The notes beneath the pieces are model-generated. The model was not told the origin of the DNA. It worked only from the letters and a program-made list of their open reading frames with translations, and ran no database searches. Shown here piece by piece: positions 1 to 9,624 of a stretch of 50,158 bases of DNA (its first letter is position 1; each line of letters opens with the position of its first letter). Source of the DNA: Patescibacteria group bacterium (GTDB lineage Bacteria > Patescibacteriota > Kazan-3B-28); NCBI GenBank assembly GCA_041389145.1, contig JAWKSK010000004.1, positions 1 through 50,158 on the forward strand, in the 5' to 3' direction. Both the position numbers and the translations under genes were made by a program.

Positions 1-441
1 CCGATCGATATAGTTTCTTCCCACACTCCCTACCCGTTTGGCATAGCTTACAAAAATCGTCTTATCCAAAATAAAATCATAGCTAACAGCCAGACCAGTC
101 ATTCCATTTTCTTCACCAGGTTCCCATCCCAGATTCAAACTATAAATTGGTTCTGGATCTATCTCATAGTACCCAGCATTGTTGAGGTTATTAATTGCCC
201 ACACCTTACCATCCAAACTGGTAGCAAACATGGACCACTCATCTGCTGTAAGATCTACTGCAGTAACTAATGGGATATCATCAATCCCCTTCACCACCGC
301 TCTTCCCCAGGTAGTAGCCTGATACTCTGCAGGTGGTAGATTGTTTAGTCCAAACCTAAGTTCAAATCCAAACTTGGCCAGTAGCCCTACTAGCACCAAC
401 AGTCCAATCACTAACCCAAATCCAGCTACCGAGTTCTTCAT
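1..441 (-). CDS. membrane-anchored hypothetical protein, N-terminal 147 codons (gene runs off left edge); weak sugar-dehydrogenase-like beta-propeller resemblance
   Basis: Own translation: ATG at 441..439 (MKNSVAGFGLVIGLLVLVGLL...) stays open to position 1. Absent from the ORF track because no stop lies in the window. N-terminal TM helix. Confidence 0.4.
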   Translation of the reverse strand, partial: MKNSVAGFGLVIGLLVLVGLLAKFGFELRFGLNNLPPAEYQATTWGRAVVKGIDDIPLVTAVDLTADEWSMFATSLDGKVWAINNLNNAGYYEIDPEPIYSLNLGWEPGEENGMTGLAVSYDFILDKTIFVSYAKRVGSVGRNYIDR

Positions 442-444
442 ATA

Positions 445-921
445 TTACTGAACCAGGATCGATCCCCCTTGTGATGGGTTTAAATGATTATGAAATCCAA
501 AACTACCAGCACTCTTGAATTCAAATTCAAAACTTTCACCCTTAGCTAATGCTCTACCAGAATCCAGTCCCGGTACACTCGTGTGAATTGGATGTGGGTT
601 TGCAGCTGGCCATACTGACTTATCTGACTCATTCACAAACCGAATCTTATCCCCCACCTTTAACGTTACATCCACCGGACTAAACCCAGACCCATCATAG
701 GAAACTACAACGGTTTTGTTTAAAACTACTTCCATATCATCCGCGGTACTGCCAAGTACTTTCTGATCCATCTCCACTGCTTCAGAAGAATTATCCGCTG
801 GTTGGTTATCATCTGTTTCTACTGCCACCTTACCGCAACTTTGGGCAGTTAATCCAATCAGGATTAAACTAAATATCAAAAACTGTTTCATCGCTACTGG
901 TTTACTCACTATTGCTCCCAT
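445..921 (-). CDS. secreted/lipoprotein cupredoxin-like domain protein
   Basis: Signal peptide with possible lipobox MKQFLIFSLILIGLTAQSC (likely start 891). C-terminal VTLKVGDKIRFVN...FHNH beta-sandwich pattern. Confidence 0.5.
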   Translation of the reverse strand: MGAIVSKPVAMKQFLIFSLILIGLTAQSCGKVAVETDDNQPADNSSEAVEMDQKVLGSTADDMEVVLNKTVVVSYDGSGFSPVDVTLKVGDKIRFVNESDKSVWPAANPHPIHTSVPGLDSGRALAKGESFEFEFKSAGSFGFHNHLNPSQGGSILVQ

Positions 922-929
922 TATACCTT

Positions 930-960
930 AAAAATAAGAAAGGGAGCGGTTGCCCGCTCC
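930..960 (-). terminator. intrinsic terminator
   Basis: Stem ggagcgg/ccgctcc (943..960) with loop ttgc, followed on the minus strand by a T-rich run (+ strand aaaaataagaaa). Confidence 0.5.
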
Positions 961-1148
961 ACCTCCAACTTATCTAAAACGAACTACTTTTTCTTACCTT
1001 TTTTAGCGGCCATTTTGGCTCCATAAAAATAAATAATATACACATTAAATATGCGCTTAATGTGCTACAAATCAATATCATTTTTTCCTAATAAAATACC
1101 CCCGATTTCTCGAGGGTATCTATGTTGTTGTGGCAACTTAAATTTTAA

Positions 1149-1769
1149 TTAGTCTTCATCACTATCATCTAGATCGCTTGGACTGTCGAATCCAGAATCA
1201 TCAAGTTCATCTTCGTCGTCATCATGACCACCTCTTTGTTTGTGCTCACCATCCTCTAGATGATCACGTCCCCGATCTCTATGCTTAAAGATGTTCATTC
1301 CGCCCCGATGGAACTCTGCTCCAAACCGAGCTAAGAACTTAACATCTATCTCATTGGCTTCTGCCCAGGCCTTAAGCTCAGCCTCACGCTCTGCCAAGAA
1401 TGCCTTACGTTCGTCTGAAGTCATATCTTTGAATGCTTCCTTATCTGCCTCAAACTGAGCTCTCAGCTCATCTCTTTTGGCAATTAGTGCATTCTTCTGA
1501 TCCTCTGTCAGATTCCCCTTTTCCACCTGGGTTTCTAATCTGGCATCTACTTCAGCCTGGTGTTCGGCTTGGTGTTCTTCGGCAAGACCCTCAAACACCG
1601 CAACTACATCATCACGATTTAGGTTAAATCTATCTACCAGTCTCTGGACAATCTCATCGAACCGAGTTGTACCAGAATCATCTACTTGCGCCATTGCGCT
1701 CATACCGCCGGTAGCCACTAGCCCTGCTACTGCTACCCCAATTACGGGTAAGAATATCTTTGGAACCAT
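1149..1769 (-). CDS. secreted acidic coiled-coil protein (hypothetical)
   Basis: 206-aa ORF with N-terminal signal/TM, charged heptad-like middle and D/E-rich tail. Hairpin ataccc/gggtat (1096..1119) plus T-run just downstream. Confidence 0.5.
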   Translation of the reverse strand: MVPKIFLPVIGVAVAGLVATGGMSAMAQVDDSGTTRFDEIVQRLVDRFNLNRDDVVAVFEGLAEEHQAEHQAEVDARLETQVEKGNLTEDQKNALIAKRDELRAQFEADKEAFKDMTSDERKAFLAEREAELKAWAEANEIDVKFLARFGAEFHRGGMNIFKHRDRGRDHLEDGEHKQRGGHDDDEDELDDSGFDSPSDLDDSDED

Positions 1770-1827
1770 AAATCTTCACTTAAAATTATAGAGTGCAGCT
1801 TGCAAGCTACACCCTATAATCCGTTCC

Positions 1828-2229
1828 TTAGGTTGGTGCCATTACACCATTCATATTTACCCGCGCTAGATACTCATTTATTCGTTTAGTAGTGTTCTCC
1901 AACTCCTGATAGATAGCAATTCCTGATACTACCCAGAACAAGGCAATGATGGCCATTAACGCATCCGGAATTCTAGCAACCGGGATTGATACCGGAGTAC
2001 TATTCTCTGTCTTAGCCTGAGCCACCTCGATTAAAGCATTAGTGGCAGGTAGGGCTGGGATGTGCACCTTCAAGTCAGCTACATCTAAACCATCAACAAT
2101 CGGGGTCTGAGTGGCAACCGGATCAATGATAGGTTCAGGAACAAAGTTAGGTTTAACCGCAATGTTGGCATTCTGAGTTACCGGAATTAATAGCTGCTGA
2201 GTTACCCCAAAGTGCTGAACCACAAACAC
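1828..2229 (-). CDS. hypothetical membrane protein
   Basis: 133-aa ORF. GTG start overlaps the upstream stop by 1 nt. One C-terminal TM segment. Confidence 0.35.
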   Translation of the reverse strand: MFVVQHFGVTQQLLIPVTQNANIAVKPNFVPEPIIDPVATQTPIVDGLDVADLKVHIPALPATNALIEVAQAKTENSTPVSIPVARIPDALMAIIALFWVVSGIAIYQELENTTKRINEYLARVNMNGVMAPT

Positions 2230-2999
2230 TACCGGTCTATTTTCATAAATTCCTTGTGCGACACCAACTCCAATTTCCCTATGATAGTCACTACGTCTGG
2301 ATCTGGAACAATCTCATGGTTACCAAAGTTGTTTGCATAAGAGTTATCGTCATCAATTTCAACATTGATAAAACCAGTGCCTGGTTCTGTTTGATCCCAA
2401 CCAGCTGCACTTTCTTCACGAACTACATATGGTCCATTTACAAGCCCATCAAAAGCATAAGAACCATCACCGACTGTAGTCATGTTTGGTTCACCATCAT
2501 CTAACGAACCATTTTCGTTCAAATCTAAATAAATAGTCCAACCTGGTATCCCAGTTTCGCCTTCACCTTCATCCCAAGCACCGTTTCCGTTAAGGTCGTT
2601 GTATTTGAAACCTGCGATGGTGTAGGTAGGATCATTATTTGGAATATTACATTCCAGGTTATAAATTGCTTGTCCTTCTTCAGTCCAGTTCTTACCTGGG
2701 TAAGATCCTCCATCGTAATCAAACGGTGGGATAATATCTCCCCAATCTTCTTGAATACCATCAAACCAGATAGGTCCTTCATGGCCATCATGACCCCCTA
2801 CATCTGCAGTAGCGTTTGGCTGCTGAACGTTATATGGATTTACATTGCTACTGGTTGCATGACAAATAGTTACTTTTGCCGGTGGAGCACCAAATGTAAC
2901 ACCCCCTGGAACTACTACGGATAAGATTAGGGCTGCTGTAGAGACCCAAGCAGTTGCCTGACGCAGAGTTTTACTCTGGAACTGATGTAAGAACTTCAT
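2229..2999 (-). CDS. secreted protein with SdrD-B/Cna-B-like beta-sandwich repeat
   Basis: Signal peptide. DLNGNGAWDEGE...GWTIYLDLNENGSLDDGE...GSYAFDGL pattern. Confidence 0.5.
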   Translation of the reverse strand: MKFLHQFQSKTLRQATAWVSTAALILSVVVPGGVTFGAPPAKVTICHATSSNVNPYNVQQPNATADVGGHDGHEGPIWFDGIQEDWGDIIPPFDYDGGSYPGKNWTEEGQAIYNLECNIPNNDPTYTIAGFKYNDLNGNGAWDEGEGETGIPGWTIYLDLNENGSLDDGEPNMTTVGDGSYAFDGLVNGPYVVREESAAGWDQTEPGTGFINVEIDDDNSYANNFGNHEIVPDPDVVTIIGKLELVSHKEFMKIDR

Positions 3000-3107
3000 A
3001 AGGACCTTTCTAATAAAACTTATTCCGTTAAAACGGAACTTTTATAAATATTTAATATTTCTGGGAACATTCTGCCGATTTCCCCCTTATCAACAGGCTT
3101 CAGCATC

Positions 3108-3135
3108 ATTATAGAAGAACCCTAGAGCTCGTCAA
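3108..3135 (-). promoter_or_regulatory. sigma70-type promoter for the 2999..1828 operon
   Basis: Minus strand TTGACG (3135..3130), 16-nt spacer, TATAAT (3113..3108). The roughly 100-nt leader contains the palindrome ttccgttaaaacggaa (3023..3038). Confidence 0.5.
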
Positions 3136-3182
3136 TCAAAAAGGGGTACCAGACTAAGTTTAGTACCGATTTTATGTATTTC

Positions 3183-3755
3183 TTAGGAGATAACCAAGGA
3201 GTTGGTCATGGCCTCTACAATCTCCTTGAAGCCAATATCTGTTGGATCTTCTACAAAGATAGATACCTCCAATACCTCAGTATCAGATTTTTCTACCAGA
3301 TAAACCTGGAACTTACCCTGGGTCCGGCTCACGTAATAGATAGCATCCTTACCACCAATCTGAGACGGAACTGGTTCTACCTCGACTGCTCCTACCTCTA
3401 CAATATCTTTAAGCTGAGCATTTGCTACATCTACCAAGGTCTGTTCTGCAGTCTTTTCTACAGTTCTAAACCCAAGGCTGAGTCCATCGTAGAATTCTGT
3501 ACCAGTTGACTGGGTAGGACCTACTAGCTGTAAGCTAACTTGGTTTTCTGCATGAGTGATCACCTCTACTTGTTCTGGGTGCTTTACCTCAAACCCAATC
3601 TTTTCATTGTTATAGGTTTCCCAGCTATCTGTTACTGTTTCTTCCTGATTTTCTTCCTCAGTCACTGGACTTGGGGTGTAATTGTTGACCAACCACCAGA
3701 CTCCTCCAATTGCCAACACGAACAATATCCAAAAAATAACCTTTCCAATCTTCAT
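3183..3755 (-). CDS. membrane-anchored hypothetical protein
   Basis: 190-aa ORF with N-terminal TM helix. Terminator-like hairpin ggtac.../...gtacc plus T-run downstream. Confidence 0.5.
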   Translation of the reverse strand: MKIGKVIFWILFVLAIGGVWWLVNNYTPSPVTEEENQEETVTDSWETYNNEKIGFEVKHPEQVEVITHAENQVSLQLVGPTQSTGTEFYDGLSLGFRTVEKTAEQTLVDVANAQLKDIVEVGAVEVEPVPSQIGGKDAIYYVSRTQGKFQVYLVEKSDTEVLEVSIFVEDPTDIGFKEIVEAMTNSLVIS

Positions 3756-3827
3756 TACCGTAATTATTAAATACCTATTCGGCTATATATACCCAATCTA
3801 TATTATCGCCCTGATTGTTGCCAATCC

Positions 3828-4307
3828 TTATCTGTCTTGATTCTTCTTCAAGACCTCAATCTCTACCATCAGCTTACCCAATGAAGATTGAATACTTTCC
3901 AGAGTTTCAGTTCTCAGTTTTCCAGCTTCAGATTCCTCACCCACATCTTCTAACACATCATCCACATCTTTGTGGATTTCATCGAATTCACCCTGCATTT
4001 CGTCCACATCTACCTGGATTTCATCAATATCTCGTTCAATTTCATCGATATCTTCCTCCACAGCTTCCAAACTTTCTGTGTTTCTATTCACTGTCATCTG
4101 AATGAAAATTGCCAAGTAAATTGCCTCAAGAGAAACGGCAGTGGTTAGCAAGAGAAGGATAGCTTCAAAACTAACTCCCACAAAATACAACGCAAAGATT
4201 GCCACAAACGCAATGCTGTGTACTACTAAAGACTGCACCGAACCCACTGATTCAGTGAGTCTAATAGCAATCTCCTCCAACTTAGATTGTGGCTTCTTAT
4301 CTTTCAT
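3828..4307 (-). CDS. DUF1003-like membrane protein
   Basis: Two TM helices followed by an acidic coiled coil (EEDIDEIERDIDEIQVDVDEM). Layout typical of DUF1003. Confidence 0.5.
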   Translation of the reverse strand: MKDKKPQSKLEEIAIRLTESVGSVQSLVVHSIAFVAIFALYFVGVSFEAILLLLTTAVSLEAIYLAIFIQMTVNRNTESLEAVEEDIDEIERDIDEIQVDVDEMQGEFDEIHKDVDDVLEDVGEESEAGKLRTETLESIQSSLGKLMVEIEVLKKNQDR

Positions 4308-4360
4308 AGTATGCCTAAAATACCAGTCCTGGAGCCAAAAATCAACCCCTAGACCAAAAG

Positions 4361-5092
4361 TTACTTACTAACTACAATTCCCACCTTCTTTGTCGATACT
4401 ACTGGTTCATGGTAGCCAGTTCCATAATCTAACAAGGAATTCATCAGTACCTGATAGGAATAAACATAATCTGCTCCCTGTCTGGTCCCTACATCATGAG
4501 TGATAAACTGCTGCTTTTCTCTATCATATCCTTTAATCACCAACATGTGTCGCTCTGGACCACCTCCACTAAAGTATGGATTACCTAATAATCTTCCATC
4601 CGTTGGAACAATTATCAGTTTTCCTTGATATAGAGCTTGTTCAATCCGTTCTACAGTTAACTCCATGACTTCTGCTTCTACCCCTGGTACCCAAACAGTT
4701 AACAACTTAGCTGTATCTGTAGCAGAGGTATCGTGGAATGTTCCCAGGGTTTTTTCAGATAGCGCAGATAGGGCCAGAATTTCTGCTTTAGCCTGATCTT
4801 TGGATACTTGGAGCTTTCCTTCGTACCACCACTTAACAATCGCAATACTAGCCTCCTCACATGCGTCCTGTTGTCTTGGATCCTCCCATTCCCCAAAAGG
4901 AGCCTGAGCGGTAAAGGCTAGTGGAATATTTACATAATCTGCCACCTGAAAACTTCCCAGGTCTGTCAGATCTGGTGTAGTTGGCAAATCTGCTGTAGGA
5001 GACACAACTGGTGTTTGTGAATACCACAAATACCCAGCTACTAATCCAGCCAAAATCAGCCCCCAACCAATGTATATATTCTGCTTTTTCAT
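4361..5092 (-). CDS. peptidase C39-like domain protein
   Basis: N-terminal TM, then FTAQAPFGEWEDPRQQDACEEASI... pattern typical of C39-like (PF13529-type) proteins. Confidence 0.55.
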   Translation of the reverse strand: MKKQNIYIGWGLILAGLVAGYLWYSQTPVVSPTADLPTTPDLTDLGSFQVADYVNIPLAFTAQAPFGEWEDPRQQDACEEASIAIVKWWYEGKLQVSKDQAKAEILALSALSEKTLGTFHDTSATDTAKLLTVWVPGVEAEVMELTVERIEQALYQGKLIIVPTDGRLLGNPYFSGGGPERHMLVIKGYDREKQQFITHDVGTRQGADYVYSYQVLMNSLLDYGTGYHEPVVSTKKVGIVVSK

Positions 5093-5158
5093 TACCTATA
5101 ATATACCCCTAATCCTCCTTTATTACAATCCCAGAGCGAACTTTTTTTCGAAAAAGTA

Positions 5159-5187
5159 TTGACTAGCAGTCGATATTGCCATATATT
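5159..5187 (+). promoter_or_regulatory. sigma70-type promoter of GC-rich cassette A
   Basis: TTGACT (5159..5164), 17-nt spacer, TATATT (5182..5187). About 120-nt structured leader and SD AAGGAG at 5303..5308. Confidence 0.6.
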
Positions 5188-5313
5188 GTCAGCAGTTTCG
5201 TCTGGCCATCCTTGCCAGCCTAACTACGAGTCGGGAAATTTGTTTTCCGACCTTATGTAGCACCTTTTCAGCAAAGATCTGAAGGTCCAAAAGGATACAG
5301 TGAAGGAGATTGC

Positions 5314-5727
5314 ATGAAGTTCAACTTTTTTGCAAACATTCGCGGTCCGAGTCTCGGCGTGCTGCTGACGCTCACCGTATTCGCAATGATCGCCTTCTCC
5401 GCCGCCGGCACCGCCGCCGACTGCGTGGACCTGGACAACTCCAGCTTCATCACCTCGATGGCCAACGACATCGGCCCTCCGGCCCTGTCCGGCATCGACA
5501 CATTGAAGCTCGACAGCAACCAGGGCAACAGCAACTTGACCAGCGTCGACACCGGCCGCTTCAACTTCGCCGCCGACATCGGCCCGCCGGACAAGTTCAC
5601 CAGCATGATCCCCTCCGCCGCCACAAAGCACTCGCTCATCAATGCGGCAACGAGGGCCGGATATCAGATCCAGAACAACATCGCGACCTGCGGCCAGGCC
5701 GGCAACTCCGACCGATCGGCCCGATAG
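5314..5727 (+). CDS. small secreted protein of unknown function (GC-rich cassette A)
   Basis: ATG 6 nt after AAGGAG. Sec signal peptide (…TVFAMIAFSAAGTAA/D). Internal repeat A-[ND]-DIGPP occurs twice. Two Cys. GC3-rich codons. Confidence 0.6.
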   Translation: MKFNFFANIRGPSLGVLLTLTVFAMIAFSAAGTAADCVDLDNSSFITSMANDIGPPALSGIDTLKLDSNQGNSNLTSVDTGRFNFAADIGPPDKFTSMIPSAATKHSLINAATRAGYQIQNNIATCGQAGNSDRSAR

Positions 5728-5809
5728 CTGACAACAGGAGACCCTGCTCCTGACAGACAATAATCAGGGAAGTAATAACCCAGGTCTCCAAACCCTACAG
5801 GTTGTTGCA

Positions 5810-5838
5810 CCCCCGGCGTCCGCGCCGGGGGTTTTTTA
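5810..5838 (+). terminator. intrinsic terminator of cassette A
   Basis: 9-bp G/C stem cccccggcg/cgccggggg (5810..5818 with 5823..5831), loop tccg, then TTTTTT. Confidence 0.8.
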
Positions 5839-5848
5839 TTCAAATTTC

Positions 5849-5872
5849 AACGGCTCATTTTAGTGAGCCGTT
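5849..5872. repeat. conserved hairpin, copy 1 (aacggctca-ttttag-tgagccgtt)
   Basis: 9-bp stem and 6-nt loop. 26/27 nt identical to 35843..35871. Overlaps the stop codon of the 5871..6239 gene. Confidence 0.7.
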
Positions 5873-6239
5873 AGTTACACCACTCCCCAATCACCGACTG
5901 AGGGAATTCATTATCCAATAACTCCTTACAGTCCACCTCTCCATTACCATCCCAAACTATTTCCATAGTTCCTTCATTAGATACCGCAAAGAACAATGCC
6001 CCTTCTTTATTGAGTTCTACTTCTCCCTGAACAAATACCCCGTCATGGTTTCCCACTTTAACCCTGATCTGTTTTTGATCTATTCCATATTTCTGACTAA
6101 AAGCCTGCTTTAATCCGTCTTGGTATTCATAGCCAGCTGGTTCATACGAACTGTATGCCAAAAACCCAACTACCAATACCAAGATGAAGAAAACTAACTT
6201 GGAGCTCAGACTCATTCTATTTATTTTTCTCATACACAA
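5871..6239 (-). CDS. membrane-anchored hypothetical protein
   Basis: 122-aa ORF. The likely start is the ATG at 6215, 1 nt after the upstream TAG. N-terminal TM. Confidence 0.5.
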   Translation of the reverse strand: MCMRKINRMSLSSKLVFFILVLVVGFLAYSSYEPAGYEYQDGLKQAFSQKYGIDQKQIRVKVGNHDGVFVQGEVELNKEGALFFAVSNEGTMEIVWDGNGEVDCKELLDNEFPQSVIGEWCN

Positions 6240-6666
6240 AATCTATCATAGTTTGTACACGAGGAGATAAATATTGAGGTAGCTCATTCAGATTAAACCA
6301 ACTCACTTCTGCAATTTCTGCATCATCTTTAGTAACTACCACGTCTTTAACCACTGCCTTAAAAACTGAAACTGTATCTCTTTTATATTCAAAGTTAGAC
6401 TGATAGACACCAAGAAGCTCAACTTTGATGAGTTTCATTCCTAGTTCTTCATCGATCTCTCTAATCGCAGCAGTGGCTTCATCTTCCCCCTTACGAACCC
6501 CACCCCCGGGGAAAGTCCAATATCCACGTCCATAATTATGGCGGACCATCAACACCCTTCCTTTTAAATCAAAAATTAGAATCTTAACTCCACGTGTACG
6601 TGGACGAAAAATAAACCAACCCAACTTCAAAATTGGATAAGCTATTCGATAGAGCAAATTCTTCAT
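6217..6666 (-). CDS. NUDIX hydrolase
   Basis: Nudix box GGGVRKGEDEATAAIREIDEELG. Confidence 0.8.
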   Translation of the reverse strand: MKNLLYRIAYPILKLGWFIFRPRTRGVKILIFDLKGRVLMVRHNYGRGYWTFPGGGVRKGEDEATAAIREIDEELGMKLIKVELLGVYQSNFEYKRDTVSVFKAVVKDVVVTKDDAEIAEVSWFNLNELPQYLSPRVQTMIDFVYEKNK

Positions 6667-7023
6667 TTATGAAGTTCTTAATATCTTTTCCATTGCTCTC
6701 CCTTTTGCCAGTTCATCTATCAACTTATCCAAATATCTAATCTCTCTCATTGTTGTTTCCTTTATCTCCTCAATTCTGACACCACAAACAACACCAGTGA
6801 TTAATGATCTATTTGGATTAAGCTTAGGAGCTTTGGCAAAGAAAGTTTCAAAATCTGTTTTGTTTTCTAGAATCTTATCCAAAGCCTTCTGACTATAACC
6901 AGTCAGCCAACTAATAATCTGGTCTACCTCTTTTTTGGTTCTCCCCTTTTTCTCGGCTTTAGTTACATAGTGTGGATATACACTAGCAACACTAGTGGTA
7001 TAGATGCGATGCTTACTTTCCAT
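6667..7023 (-). CDS. DUF2200-like protein
   Basis: 118 aa. [30 protein letters not shown]...[17 protein letters not shown] matches my recollection of DUF2200. Confidence 0.6.
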   Translation of the reverse strand: MESKHRIYTTSVASVYPHYVTKAEKKGRTKKEVDQIISWLTGYSQKALDKILENKTDFETFFAKAPKLNPNRSLITGVVCGVRIEEIKETTMREIRYLDKLIDELAKGRAMEKILRTS

Positions 7024-7771
7024 CCTTGTTAAAAATCTTAATGTATCCTTCGATACTTTCTGCCGTTAACTCTGGAATGTCATCAATGTCCACATAGTAG
7101 AGATTGGGATTGGAAGTACTTAGATATACATCAACTGGGACTGGTTTAGATTCAAAACCTGACGCCATTAATCCCCCAACATTAACAACCTTATCACTTG
7201 CATATTCTCGGACCACGCCATCTAGACCGGCTGCGGTAACTATAATCTTATAATTGTCCCTATTGTTCTCAGAACCAGTCTTTCTTACGGCTGACACCAC
7301 ACCAGTTACCTTATGACCAGTCTTCATCAGCTCATCAATTACCTTCATCCTCCTCTTTGAATTAATAAACAGAATTGGTCCTAGGATAAATAAGACAATA
7401 CCAATCAGACCCCCTAAGACTACTACCCATAGACTAGCAAGATTACCTACCACCTTATTCTGTGAAGGGTTTTCCGGGTTAAAGGCAACTTGTCTCTCAC
7501 CCCCTAACGAAGGTTTTGAAGATGTGTAAAGATTTGAACGTGATACATATTCTTGACCATTGCTTTCAAAGCTAATGATTGGTGAATATGTTGTCCCATC
7601 ACTACTCGAAGACTGCCTTATATCAGTCACGGTTCCGACAGTTGTTGACCAGCCTGAAGGCACGCTAATATCTGAACTAATCCAAGTAAATGCGCCACCA
7701 GCAAAAAACCCGCCGATTAGCATCATCCCTAACATCGAATTAACTCCAAATCCTTTTCTCTTTGCTTTCAT
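7013..7771 (-). CDS. hypothetical membrane protein
   Basis: 252-aa ORF. A TM helix precedes each of two beta-rich segments. Confidence 0.45.
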   Translation of the reverse strand: MKAKRKGFGVNSMLGMMLIGGFFAGGAFTWISSDISVPSGWSTTVGTVTDIRQSSSSDGTTYSPIISFESNGQEYVSRSNLYTSSKPSLGGERQVAFNPENPSQNKVVGNLASLWVVVLGGLIGIVLFILGPILFINSKRRMKVIDELMKTGHKVTGVVSAVRKTGSENNRDNYKIIVTAAGLDGVVREYASDKVVNVGGLMASGFESKPVPVDVYLSTSNPNLYYVDIDDIPELTAESIEGYIKIFNKDGK

Positions 7772-7780
7772 ACCTAAAGC

Positions 7781-8500
7781 TTAACTAGTAGGTGCCTTAC
7801 ACATCAAGAATCCTCCAATATCTACATACTCACTACAGCCAAAATCGTTATAGTCTACGTCCGGATCAGGATCATCTCTCACAATTGTATGGCCTGTATG
7901 CTTATCAAATGCCTCAATACCCGTAGTGCCAACATCATTAATCATTTGAATATAGGCATTCTTGGAAAAGATAGAAATCTTTGTATTTCCCTTCCAAGGG
8001 GCAAATATCTTAGTAAATCGTTGGTTTGTGAAATCTATATCAGCCTGGGTCGCACCTTTTTGCAAAGCTTGCTGTACCACTTCATCACTGAGTTCACCAG
8101 TATATGAGATTACCCTTTGAGTGAAAGTAATGTCCTGATTAGAACTATACTTCCCTTCCAAATAGGTATTAGAACATAGGTTTATTCCAAACAGTTCAAA
8201 ACAAATGTTCATTGTCATATTCCCATTCTTACTCTGCTGAGCAGCAGCTGCCAAACAACCAAAATCTGTAGACGTACAGCTAACTGTTTCTCTAGTTTGA
8301 ACTGTTTCCTGTTTGTTAGTTACTGGTGTTGTTGCCACCTCCTCTTTTACTTCTTCCTCTGTAGTGTCAGTAGATTCAACCGGAGTATCTGTATCGGTAG
8401 CCATGGAATCTGAATTGTACCCTACATAACCCAAGTATCCTGCCCCAGCTAGTAATATGAGAACAATTAAACCTACTAAGTACTTGTTTTTGAAATTCAT
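7781..8500 (-). CDS. secreted hypothetical protein, Cys-containing
   Basis: 239-aa ORF with N-terminal TM/signal and a T/E-rich linker. Confidence 0.45.
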   Translation of the reverse strand: MNFKNKYLVGLIVLILLAGAGYLGYVGYNSDSMATDTDTPVESTDTTEEEVKEEVATTPVTNKQETVQTRETVSCTSTDFGCLAAAAQQSKNGNMTMNICFELFGINLCSNTYLEGKYSSNQDITFTQRVISYTGELSDEVVQQALQKGATQADIDFTNQRFTKIFAPWKGNTKISIFSKNAYIQMINDVGTTGIEAFDKHTGHTIVRDDPDPDVDYNDFGCSEYVDIGGFLMCKAPTS

Positions 8501-8528
8501 GCCTTAAATATACCAAACAAGGATTGGA

Positions 8529-8936
8529 TTACCCATTTAACAACTTTAAAACGTTTTTAGTAAAATCAGTCACCATTGGATTCTCCAATGCTTGTTCAGA
8601 AGTTAATTCAACAATGTCATTCCCTTCATTAAGGCTTAAGTTTTTCTTTTCAACACCTCTTAATAAAAACATGTGCAGAAAAAGACCAGGACTCCTCTTG
8701 CTTTCTATCAACCCTATTGTTTCTAACTGATTTTGATCAATATCCAAATCTAATTCTTCTTTCAGCTCTCTCACCGCACACTCTTCTACTGTTTCATTAT
8801 TTTCAATACCGCCACCAAATGGAGCAATTCTCCCAGGTGAGACATGGGTATTGTGATCTCTTTCTTGTAACAAATATGTGAAATTCGGAGTTTGTAGCAT
8901 TACTCCTATTCCAATAGTTTTATTCATAAAAACCAT
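8529..8936 (-). CDS. NUDIX hydrolase
   Basis: Nudix box GGGIENNETVEECAVRELKEELD. Confidence 0.75.
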   Translation of the reverse strand: MVFMNKTIGIGVMLQTPNFTYLLQERDHNTHVSPGRIAPFGGGIENNETVEECAVRELKEELDLDIDQNQLETIGLIESKRSPGLFLHMFLLRGVEKKNLSLNEGNDIVELTSEQALENPMVTDFTKNVLKLLNG

Positions 8937-9496
8937 TAATCACCTTCTAATGCAGACTTTAACAAAGCTTTATTAAAAGAATTATTCTTTTTAATCTCAT
9001 CTATTTCAGAATAGCTAAAGACTGCCTTAGCTACAGCTAAGTCAAAGTCTTTATTGTAAGCATCAATTAAATTAATCGTATTCTGAATCTCTGTAGTACC
9101 CGCCGAATCCCCATCTAATATCTTGTAGGCCTTGCCTAGGGCAATCTCATCATTACCCATTTTAGTGATCTGGTTCTTACCTATATAGCAAGTCAAACTA
9201 GGCGACTCCCAATCATATTGGTACTGAGAACAATTTATATCATGTGCAATTCTTAAGACATCATTACCTTCGTCTATATAATCATCTCCTAGTTCCGTAT
9301 AAGATACTAAATCATCATCTTTTACTGAACTAACGTATTGTTCAGCCTGCTCCTGACTTAAGCCCGTATCAGCTGCAAAGTGCTTAACCACATCTGCCTG
9401 ATTGATAGTATATGCTGTTCCACCTATAACCAATGTTAGAACCGCACCTGCAATAAATCTATTCATAATTTGATTAGTTGAACTATATTGCTTCAC
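8936..9496 (-). CDS. membrane-anchored hypothetical protein
   Basis: 186-aa ORF with N-terminal TM. Its stop overlaps the downstream start. Confidence 0.45.
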   Translation of the reverse strand: MKQYSSTNQIMNRFIAGAVLTLVIGGTAYTINQADVVKHFAADTGLSQEQAEQYVSSVKDDDLVSYTELGDDYIDEGNDVLRIAHDINCSQYQYDWESPSLTCYIGKNQITKMGNDEIALGKAYKILDGDSAGTTEIQNTINLIDAYNKDFDLAVAKAVFSYSEIDEIKKNNSFNKALLKSALEGD

Positions 9497-9624
9497 ATCA
9501 GCAACTCTAGGATAACAAAGAACTAGCTACCTCGCTGTTATTAGAATCAGAATATGAACTTGATCTAGCCTAGAAAAAACTACCATTATCCATAACTAAT
9601 CATATTTATTGCCCCAAGCAAACC

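Noticed and set aside
984-1022. SD-led (GGAG) mini-ORF MAAKKGKKK on the minus strand, inside a roughly 135-nt segment bounded by two terminator hairpins (943..960 and 1096..1119).
   Set aside because: Nine codons with no independent support. It could be a small RNA or leader peptide, but sequence alone cannot distinguish that from chance.
5224-5760. Long ORFs on the opposite strand and in alternative frames over cassette A (5224..5760 -, 5268..5642 -, 5310..5753 +).
   Set aside because: These are typical stop-poor shadow frames of GC-rich DNA. Their products are Arg/Gly/Ala-rich low-complexity strings with no SD. The 5314..5727 frame has the SD, the signal peptide and the GC3 bias.
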